A stretch of 64,000 nt of DNA from Octopus bimaculoides (Eukaryota), in the NCBI RefSeq assembly GCF_001194135.2, contig NC_068988.1, forward strand, positions 12,864,274 through 12,928,273, written 5' to 3'. Shown in pieces: positions 12,901-24,900 of the stretch. Position numbers and translations under genes: made by a program. The number at the start of each line of letters is the position of its first letter. Positions within the stretch are counted from its first letter, which is position 1. The notes beneath the pieces were generated by a model. It was not told the DNA's origin, made no database searches, and worked only from the letters and a program-made list of their open reading frames with translations.

Positions 12901-15900
12901 AAGTGTTTCCACAAAAAGTACTATTTCCCCTAAGTCTTTTGAACAACCCATTTGACAGCTAGGAAGATATCAACAAAGACACTGCCTAAATGGTAAAATT
13001 ACTACAGTGAATACACAGCTAGGGATATTTCTGCAGCAAGTGTAAACAATGACACTGTCTACACAGTGACAGTATTTACAGAACACATACACAATGGGAT
13101 CCCTAAAGCATTGGTCAGCCTGAAGCTATAATAGAAGCTAGTTGCCCAGTGCCAGACAGTGTGAACAAACATGAAATTATAAATGATGTGAAGCAAAATT
13201 CTTAACCACACCAACATGCCAGCACATACATACAGCAATATAATCATACAATACACACACTCACACAGAGAAGGATGGACACAAATATACCCATATACCA
13301 ATGCAGGCATGATTGTGTGGATACAGAGTTTGCTTCGTTACTGCATGGTTTTGAATTCTATCTCACCACATAGTACCTTGGGCAAGTGTCCTTTCCTACA
13401 GCTTTGGCCAACCAATGCTTTGTTGAAATGGTAGACAAAAACAGTATGAAAGCTCATAATGTGTGTGCATGTGCGGACGTTGATATTCTCCATCTTCACA
13501 TGACACTAGCTGAGAAAAACAGGGACGTCTAGTTCCTGTAACTAATACATCCCATTGCTCTGTACTTTTAAAAACCAGTAGACTAAAAAAAATATTACTT
13601 TAAAAACAGCTTGAGATTTTGTGGCAGGAGAGGCAGCCAGTCTAAAAATACTTCCTCAAACATGTCTGTCTAACCTATACCGGTATGGAAAAACGGATGT
13701 AAAGTGAACAAACATAAAATTGCACAAGTGCATGCAAAGGTGGGGACTTAATGATTTGTGATTCGAGTGTTGGACTTAAGATAATTAGGTTGTAGTTTTG
13801 ATTTCCTGATCAGGTGATCAATTGTGGCCTTGAGCAAGGAACTTCATTTTACTTAGCTCCAATCCACTCTGTGATGGACTGGCATCCTGTCCAGTGACAT
13901 ATCTTGTATTCTCAGTAACTTAAATAGCACAAGACCAAGTTAAACTGTCCTAATGAACCTGTAAACTCAAATAGTCCTTATGTAAAGAAACATGTATGCC
14001 ATATATACAAGCCTATATTCTTCAAACAGTTACAACTACAACAGGTTTCACCAAGCTGGACCAGAAATCTATTTCCCATTAACTTTGACAAGCCTCAATT
14101 TCATGTTTCTCTGTCGATAACATTAACGTAGTTGAGCAAACCTTGACCTCTACTTGTGTGCACGAAGTTGCCAAGATATAACATCCAATATGGCCTGGTA
14201 TTCAGCACAATAGCAGTAGCTAGCGAGATATACTCTGCATTGTTCAACAACAGTGGAAATAGATGGAATATATACTTAAATCTCCTCTTTCGTTTTATAC
14301 TTACACCATGAGATATTTTGAGACATCAAGGGTTCTCCATAGTCTAGCTTTTAGCTCCATACAGAAGAATATTATCTACACACACATCCTAAAGGAGGCC
14401 AGCCTTGTTTATTTTGAAACAAGACCGCAAAATGTGAAGCTTGTTACTAGCACTCCTGGTTTACCTCTTTCATTTCAGAAAGTCTTTCTGCCAGCCACCA
14501 ACACAGGACCCAAGGTACTTGAAGTCACGAACCTTCTTGCACTATGTACCATTGTTACAATAAATTGCCAAGGAATTTTTGTCCTCCTTGATATGTACAT
14601 TGAGAAACAGGTCAATCTTAGCAACAGCATCCACAATGGATGTTAAGAAATCTTGTGCACCATACAGTTGATGAGCTGTGTAAGCTCATCATACTGAAGC
14701 TCAGATAGATATATCTCAGACACAAAGAAGCATATATATGCGCGCACGCGCACACGCACACACACAGTGACTACTCTGGCATGGAGCCACTTAAATAACT
14801 CAATAATACCATTAAGCAGAGGATATGCACATGTTTGGGGCCCACTAATTTTGATAACATTATCCACGATTATAATATACAGCTTCGTGAGTGTGTGTGT
14901 GTGTGTGTGTGTGCATGTGGTGACTGATGCTTACACATGCATTTCGGTTTATTCCTGTGCTAGGCACAGAATAGAACTTTTGCTTTTACTGTTTTCTTTT
15001 TATTAGCTTTCTAAATGTTTAATAAATCCGACTTCAATTTTGATACTTATATTTTTTTCATCTTAGCTAAAGTTACACCACATCATCCAACCAGTCGATT
15101 GATACCAAATTATCTGGAATTTCATTCTCATATACAAAATATAGCCATGATACTACAATAGTAACTTCCAATTATATAAGTGGCAAACTTGCTTTGATTG
15201 GTAACAACTGCTTCAGTTAATTCACCAATAATTTGGGTTAATACATGAATGTAATAAATTCTTTTTCTTGCCACTACTGTAGAATTTTTTCAACTATCAC
15301 TATTTAGTTTGAAGTGTTTAGCTCATTATTTTGCAATTAACAATCTTAGGTTTCTGACACCAGAATCAGGACCCGACCCACAGCTAAAGGAAGTAGTGGG
15401 ATGTTGTTCACATGTGTTGTGTGTGTCAATTATCGCTTAATTCTTAAAACAGATTTTTATATATGTCAGGGTGGTAACACTGAAAAAAGCTTCTAAGGTT
15501 TACATGATTAACTCTACAGAAAAAAAAGAAAAAAAAACTAGTGTTAGTTAATAAAAATTGTTACTAATCAGAAATAATATAACTTTTTACTAACAGGGCC
15601 AAATTTCATTTGACAACTGAGATTTATAACACATGAAGTTAACTTCTAGAATAAATACACATCAACGAAACTGATATAATAGATAAATAGTCAAATTATT
15701 TTAATTTAAAATAACACATTTTCAAGTTTGAGTGTTCATATGTCTATTTCCTAATGAGCACTTAACATTTTGTTTTAGATGTTGAAAGGATTCTATTTAA
15801 TGATTGGTATTTGAAGAACAAATCAATGAATACAAGGACTAATTAAGAAAACAACTTACTGTAAAGATGAAATAGCAGGAAAGTACTATAAAACAGCAAA

Positions 15901-18900
15901 CCCATACTTTCAATTTGGATAGTTTAACATACACATTTTATCACAATTCTGAAACACTTATCCAATATAGAAATTGATACACATATACCAATAAATAAAA
16001 CCATTTTCCCTCCCTCTCTACAGTTGCCTACTATCGAAAATATTATAGCATGAAGTTAGAGTTCAATTTAGTATACAACTTTGATAATTCCAGTTAATGA
16101 ACTTAATGACTAATGTGTATTTTGCAGAATAAATAATTGATCGAATATAACAAATATGTACATGTAAAGTTAGGAAGATCATCCAGCTATAAGAACTGCC
16201 AAAGGAGACACTGAAGCATGAAAACAGTCCTTGGACCCATCAGATCTTGTCAAACCATCCAACTCATGCCAGCATGGAACATGGACATTAAATGACAATT
16301 CCATTTCATTGTTTGTTTGCTTTTAACTAAGCAGGAGTTTTTTTTTAATGTTTTAAGTCTTGTAAACTGGTATCCTTAGGACAATTTTTTTTAAAATGGA
16401 TTAGCTTTTTTTCAAATGGTAATATGCACTAAAAAAAAACAAAACATATATTTGTAGATTCTACTTAATCTGTTAGCATTATTAAACCTGAAGTCACATG
16501 CATGTTTTAAGAAAATAATTTCGTTAGATTTTAATGTTTCTAAACTACAACACATTATCAACCTTTTCTACTTCACTAAGTAAATAAAGCTGTTTATATA
16601 CAACAAAAAAGGAAAGAAGAAAAAAGGATTTATATTTAACCTTTATAAGCTGTTTAACAAATTTTCTAGAATAAACTTTATCAAATTGTATAAAATTGAT
16701 ACAAGTTTGGAAATAAAAAGATTAAAACAAAAAATTAAAATAAAATGTAGAGATGATATCTATCTATCAATTTGTGTTAACATTAACACAAAGTATGTAT
16801 TACTCTATGAAAAGAAACTATATGGGACAGCATCAGTGTTTAAAGCAAGCTAAGATAAGACTCAAATGACTGGTTCATTAATATGTTAATATCAAATTAA
16901 AGGGAGTTTTGGGTTCAGTCAAAACAAAGTGTTTTAGTCAGAAATTCTTGGTACCAATTACTTTTGTAAACTGCATTTAATTTAAATTCCTTTATTCAAT
17001 CTCCACCACATTCAGCCTTTACAAAGATATGTTTTTAAAACTTTATCAATAAATTTCACCAACATATGTTATTTAGAATATGTAAATATATTTTCATACT
17101 CTAAACTAAATTCTTACAATAAACTTTGAAAAATTATTTGCTATTTTAATGTATTTACGATAGCAAGAAAATGAGAGTTGCACTATTCCTGTATTTTCTC
17201 CATCTGTACAATTTTGTTTCTTAACTTTGTGAACTGCAATTCATTAGGAAACATCAAACTGTCATATCTGACATTATATAACCACAACAATAAGAAATGT
17301 CTTTTTTAAAAAGCTTAGGCAGGAAGATAATACATACTCATGAATTTTTCAGGGCTGAGGTGACTGATGAGAAGTTAAGCTAGACTAAATATCCGACCCA
17401 TATGCTTGCAAAGGAGTGGACTCTGCTAAAAGCATCCAAAGATTACTTGGTCGTGTTAAAACAATCAATAGATTGAGTCTCTCACCCCAAAAAATAAGAA
17501 CAGTCTTTCTGACACTCTTCCAGTTTCCAGCTGCCAAATTTCACTCAAATTTTGACCCAAGGCTATAGAAGTCATTTGCCCAAAGTGCTGTATACTGGAA
17601 TCAATCATAGAATCACATAATTGCAAGGTAAAATTCTTAATCTCACAGCCATGCCTAAAGTTTAAACTTTAGTCTCTGCCCAATCTTTGATAAGATAATA
17701 CAAGCAATTTATTAACTGGGGACCACAAAAATAATTATACATATTGAAGTGAATGAAATCTACAAATACAACCAAGTTTACAAAATAAGCTATCTAAAAA
17801 GAATTCAAAATTACAAACTGTAAAAGATTATAATTTTTAAAAAATTCTTAATGTAGAAATTGATACCAGCAGAAAATAGCAGACAGACAATTTACTACAT
17901 AACAAAAAGCTTAGAGATAATTATCACAATCTTTAACCAAACTATTACCAAATATCTGACCCAAATGCCTGCTAAAGTGCAGACACTGCTAAAGGAATCC
18001 ATTGAAGCCAAACTTTTTTTTTTTTTTTTACACAGTCTAACAATCAAAATGTATGCAACACAAACTCTGCAGAATGAATTTTATTCAATTCAGACATAGG
18101 GAAAATATTATTTTGAAGATTATTTTATGTAATCACTCTAACAGTACTTTTCAACAGAAAATCATGAAATTACTATTGTCAAATATATTGAAGTTTGTGC
18201 TTTCCATAAATACTGGTGAAACCTATCTTGGGACATTATAACTTTATCATAATTTCAAATTTTATAAATAAATCTAACAATCAGCAGTGGATTTGTTAAT
18301 GAGCTGTCTTGTTATTAAAGATGAAATTTATGTACTTTCTGAACAAGCTCTATGATTACAAATGCACCTAACACCTCAACTTCAATGAAATCAAGCCAAT
18401 GCTGGAGCCTCTATGCAATCTTTCAACCTGCTAGCCATAGCAGTCAAGCCTAATTCTAGACCTAGTCTTTTGGCTGACTAATTACACACTATTGATTTAC
18501 ACCCTCAAAACTAACCTGGAGCTACACAGCAAATTCAATAAAATTCAATATTTCAAGAAATCACTTTATCTATAAGTTTCTTGAATTAGAAATTAAGTCA
18601 AAATTTAGCAAAATAAGAAACAAAAATAAGTTTCTTGGGCATATTTCAAAATAAATTCCAGTCACTTATACACATATATTTGACAGCTTTTGAACTACCA
18701 TGCTAGTCTTGATAAATCATTAACTCATAAAAAGAACAGCCAATAAGTCTTAAACAGAAACAACTGATTGAGGCAAAATGACATTTTAAACTAATAAAAC
18801 CTGCTGTATTTATAACTGTTCCTTACATAGGCAGAAGGTCAGAAATGCTTTGTGAGAAAAAATATTAACATTAAGTTTAGTACCAATGTGTTATGGGTTC

Positions 18901-21900
18901 ATTTGAGATGGGAAAGTGAAGTTCATTAGTAAAACAGCTTTAAATTTCTGAAAAATATTAGAAATGTATGGATTTTTAAACATAATTTTACAGGATTTCC
19001 CTCACTCAAATTTGTCATCATCCTCAATCTCTAAAATGTCCATCTCAAATTCATCATCATCATCAACCTCAATTTTCATTACATTATCTGTTTTAATTTT
19101 ATCATCAGCTTAAATGTCATCACTTTAGGTAGGAGGGAGGTTTTTTTTGGTTTTTTTATATGTACCGACATTGTCACATAATTACAAAAAAAAATATAAA
19201 CATTAAGAATGTTTTGTGAAGGATTAGAAGGTTTGCATTATAAAAATTGCCACAGCTTACATTACTGTAAATATACATATATTCAATACAAATGTGCTGA
19301 TGCTACATAAAAAGCATCCAGTCCACATTGTAAAATGGTTGGCATTTGGGAGGGCATCCAGCTATAAAAACTTGGCCAAAACTGACCTCACCTGTGTTTG
19401 TGACACATAAAAAGCAGTTAGTCCGCTCTGCTGGGTGGTTGATGTTATGAAGGGCAACCAGCCGTAAAAACCCTGCCAAAACAGACACAGAAGTTTGGTG
19501 CAGGCTCCTGCTTGGCCAGCTCCTGTCAAACTGTCCAACCCATGCCAGCATGGAAAGGCGGACGTTAAATGATATGTAATATACATACTATATACATATA
19601 TACAACACAAAATATCAAATGAATTAACCTTACATTCATTCTTCCCATTTCTGAACTATTAAATCAACCACAACTTTGGTCTCAGCTTGTAGTCGATATA
19701 TTTATGTATATAAATTACACTGAATGGCACAGGGCTGACCTTGATTACCAAAGATGATTGTGCTGGATTTATGAGAGTTAAATGGGAATAACGCATAAAC
19801 AGTTATTTATTTTTCTCTGATGTATTGTGTATATGTATATACTACATAGTTTTATATACATCTAATGTACTAACTGTATTGTATATTTTTGATAATATAA
19901 GGTGTGGTAATTTTTATTACACAAACCTTGTAATCCATCACAAAACTTTTTCATGTTTACATTACAATTATGTGATAAGAAATCACTGATATCAATGTTT
20001 GTACATGAAAATAAATGGTCCATCCTTCAGAGAAAACATTTAAGATGATGACAACAACATTAAAGTTGATGATGACAATGTAATCAAGACTAATAATGAA
20101 ATGATGCTAATGATGACATGTTGACGGTAACAAGACTATGGTCAATAAAAGAAAATTTGCAGGGAAAACCCTGTAATAGTGAATTTCAATGTCATAAAAT
20201 TGCATCACAATGAGAGAATACATATAAAATGTATGAACAAAATTCTTATGAAAAAAAATCTTGGTGGAATAAAATTAACCAAATATTAAATAAAATTCAA
20301 ATCAATACTAATTAAGTAACCTAAGAATAATAATGTAACAGATTTGATAGCAAGTAAATTATAAAATGATTAAAATGTGTGTGTGCATATATATATATAT
20401 ATAATATACATGCACACAGAATATAGGCAACAATATTCATGATATAAAAATTCATTTTTTAAATAATTTTTCATAGAGAATATAGGATATAATAATCTGC
20501 AATGATAATTGTACATTCAAAGTAATTTATATTAAAAATTTGACAAGACATTACTATTTGGAAAAAAAAAAAAGACTTTGTAATTTATATGTGAAAAATA
20601 AACTAAGAAAATCATATGAAAATTTTGTTTTAAGAAAAGAACTATTCAAATGAAAGAAATGATAGTCTCAGCCAGAAACAATTCATAAAAATCTACAGGA
20701 CAATTTGATCTCCACTTCCAATTCCACCAATTTTATATTCAGTAATAGACATAGATGCAAATTATGTCTGAAAATGGTGGGTACACAACAATGCAAAGAT
20801 TTGAAAAACAAAATTTGTTATAACGATGAGAAAGAATAAACCCAAAGAAATGTAAAAATTAAATTATACATTAATATTTGCAATTTTAAAATGATTCCTG
20901 TTCAAAAAGTAATTAATATGTATAAACACAAGTGAATTAATAGAAGAGAACTCACTTCCTTAACACAATCCCAATTCTTATTCCAATTATATGGACAATG
21001 TCATTTACTATTGTAACTAATTTAAATGGAGATAAAATATCTTACGAGTTCTTAAATTTATGCATGGATCTCAAATTTATAAACTCATTTCTTGAATTCG
21101 AATGTTGAATTTTATTCCAGCAATAACTATAGAAAAATATAAACCTCAACAACAAAAACTTGTCAAGAATTAAAATCATTTTCTATACCATATGAAAAAT
21201 GACAACTCATTATAGAAGTAACTTATTTCAAAATACTAATTCTATGATTTTGTCTCAAAGATTTAGTTTTCAAACTATGAATTACTGAGCCAAACCTTTA
21301 TGCCATGATTATGCAAAGCCAAAAAACTGTATAAGCAGTTAGCTTAATCACAAATTTAATGTTAATTAATAATGTAGCCAGCCTTTAATATATTCAAAGG
21401 CAATATCACCTTTAACTTACTAATATCATTATTTGCCAAATTCAGTTAATATATGCAACTTTAGTCTAGATCAAACATAAGTTTGGTTAAAATCGCCTTC
21501 TTTATCCATGATAAATAAGCTTTAAAAATTCACCAAAACAGATTGGTTAGTCTGAATAACAAATATTAAAAAAATTATAGTATCAACTAGCATAACATGA
21601 ACAATTATTCAGCAATTTGTGATAGAACATTATGGTACAGGATTTGCTGTGTGCTTTATACGTTGAGTTTGTAAATATAATAGCTTTTAGGTTCAATCCC
21701 ACAGTACAGCACCCACAATAGTATCTTTGAATGGAATTTGGTAGTCATGGTCCATCATGTGTGTATATGTGTGTGTGTTCTGGTGGTGGTGTTTATGTCA
21801 TGTCCCTAAACTGAAATAAATACTGGAATCAATATGACTGACTAAACCCTTGAAGGCAGTGCCCCAGCATGGCCACAGTTCGATGACTAAAACCAGTTAA

Positions 21901-24900
21901 AGAATAAAAGAAGAGTTAGATAATTATGTTGATTTAACATGTGAAGCAACCAGAAGTAAATCAAAACAGCTGCTGTATATTTTCAACAGGAGATATACAA
22001 TGAAATAAGATTTAAGAAAATCTTAACAGTCACAAGAATCTAAAAAAAAAAATTCTTTTTAATTAAAAAAAAAAGTAGAAACAAAATTTAACAAAAATAA
22101 TATAAACAGCAGCTTTGCAATACTAAAATTTCTCACTTGTTTTTGGTAATCAGTGGCTATTGTACTCCAGGGGGGGCCAGTCATTAGAATAAAGAGATCA
22201 CACTTACCTGCCTGTACTAATTTCTACATAATAATAATCCATGTATTAATCCAATGTATATAAAGTGAATACAATAAACAATCCTATAGGTGACCAATTC
22301 TGACCTGCCACACACAAGTAATAGTAATATGAAATAGCGCACCTCTTTCCAGTTTTTCCTTAGTTCTTTCAATATAAGTGGTCTTGTTCTGATATCGGGG
22401 ACTATGACGACTTCTGGGGCTGTCATCTCTTGTCCTGTCGTCATCGGGGGAGCTTCGCAGCTTTTCACAGCGACTGGTGATTGTATATGGGTACTGCATG
22501 CCCTAAAATTTAAAAAGAAAAAAATAGCAAAAATCCAGAAATGGGATTATATTAAAGGAAAGAAGATATATAATCATATATTTAATTCTACATGTCATGT
22601 ACTTAATTACCAAAACTGAAATAAGACTGATCAATTTTACAACAGAATCTAATTATTCAGTTTTTTTTAAAAATATTGTATATGAGAAGGTAAGTAGAAA
22701 ATTTTGTTCCTTTCTAATTAAAAAAAAAAAAAACTGAACCTGTCAAATATACTACAAATACTGATGGTTTCCACATCACCCCAGTGGCAATCTCATATTC
22801 TTAACATAATAAAATAAATTATGATAAAAGTTAGAAAATATTTCAACTGATCTATTGATTCTCCACAAAGTTCAAAGTGCACAATGGAAGCTTTCTCCAA
22901 CATTTGCAGCAGTATACATGCACATAACAAACTGAATAAAAATTTTTTTTAATAAAATAAAGCCAACAGACTGATTTGCAAAGATTCATTCACCAACACA
23001 TTACAAACACCCCCAGGTCAACAAGCAGACTCCTTGGACCCCCTGGCTACATAACACTGAAGCTAAGTATCTTGTCCCATATGTTTAGATCAACTGAAGT
23101 CTACCAAGTGAAATATGGTGGACAGAAAGTGCATGAAAATCAATTAGGTGGATATGTGTTTGTTCTAAATGACAATCAGGGCTTCACAAAAATACCTTCA
23201 AATATTTATCATATTTGGGTTACACTCAGGCTGACTTTGCTGGTTCCAGCTTACAAGGTTGATAAATTTGTAACATGCACAATCAACTAAAACTCTGAAC
23301 ACAAGTAATCCAATGAAACCAGTAAATAAAAGATCTATTTTCCAAAAGATTTATTCTGCCAAGACTAGGATTTAAATTTCAGATATACTCACAAATGAAG
23401 TCGAACATTTATTAGAAAATTTTAATTTTTCCCACACTAAAAAGTAAATATTTTTAAGCTTTGGTATATTTTTTCTTTTCTCTTTCTTTTTATCTCTATG
23501 CTTAATACAGTTTTTTTTTTTTTGTTTTAAATTTTTTTAATTATTTAACTATTAGTACTCCACAAATTTCATGCCCTTTTTTCTTACAGCCACACATTTT
23601 GCACCTGCCAATATCAAAGACTGAATTTAGTATGGATCTTTTTTGAATTCAAATTCTTCACAATTTCTTTGACATTGTCCTTCAAACAATATTGATTAGT
23701 TATAAATAGATCACCCACTGTACCAAAATAAAGCTTAATAGGTATCTGTACATGATAAACAAATCTTTAAAAACTGCTGTGATGGTTGTATATGAAAAAT
23801 TGTAAATTTAGATTTCTTACAGAAATTTTTTTTTATTTTAAAAATACGAACATAGATTATAAAAAAGTGGCATTTTAATTATTTATTAATGATTTATTGA
23901 AATAGCTGAAGTAAAAAGATGAAAATAATCAAATTAAATTAATGTACATTAAATAAAATTTGTGTCAAAACAAAAAATAATTTGAATAGTAAAGAATTGC
24001 CATTTAGATGTGATTTGAGATTGAATACAAATAACATTGTATGTTGTGGCTTATACAGAGTGTTATTTTAATAAACTAAGCTCCATAAACTTTAAGAGTC
24101 ACAAATAAAAAATAATTCATTATGGCAATTTAAAATTTTGCTGTATTTGAGTCTAATAACAGTATATATAACTCTTTAAACTGCCAATACAAAACATTTT
24201 TATACACTGTATCCACCAAGTACTGTAAAAACTGACTATGAAAATCTTTCTTGTTATGTAGATTTTTTTGGAAGTCGCTTTTAGCAATAAGTATACAAAT
24301 TTTGTACAAAATAAGAAGTATAACAAGTAAGAAATTATAAAATATTAGATTTCAATAATTATTTACACTAAGGGAAAAAATTACAACTTTCCAGTGCTAT
24401 CAGACAAGTAGCACAATTTGTCTTGTTAACTATTTATTCCTGCCTTAAAGTGGTTCTTTGAAATCATAAATTCTTGTAATTTTTTTCTTTGACATTTTCT
24501 CTATCATTTTTTAAAAATATGACCTATGTATTTCCATTACTAAATAAAGATACCATGGGTTGTTCAGACAAGTCTAACTTTTCAGTTGCTTTTGAATTAG
24601 TTATAATCTATATAAAATACTCCCAGAGTAAGTTTTCTTTCTATATTTCCTATAACTTCCTCTATGTTTCAAAACTACATTTCCTTAATATAAAATTCTC
24701 CTTCATATTATTTTCATTACATTTGTTATTCAAAAGTATTTTTAGCAAAGCTGATCCATGATAGAACTATCTTGCATAAGATACAATTTGAGTGTAAAGT
24801 TGTTTCTATTGACATAATTTAACTTTTTAGTCAAAAACAAACAAATTTACTTTGCATTTATTAATGTCTGACAGGATTCACACTTTGCAGTCTGAGGATT

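Noticed and set aside
19000-19110. Acidic reading KIEVDDDDEFEMDILEIEDDD on the minus strand
   Set aside because: No flanking splice sites and it ends in a stop; it is the gat-rich arm of the inverted repeat.
6795-22502. A second reading frame stays open across the 22343-22502 and 6795-6946 exons (ORF-track MKSCEAPPMTT...)
   Set aside because: Stops in that frame need NTA/NTG codons in the main frame, which are rare in this hydrophilic low-complexity peptide, so openness is expected.
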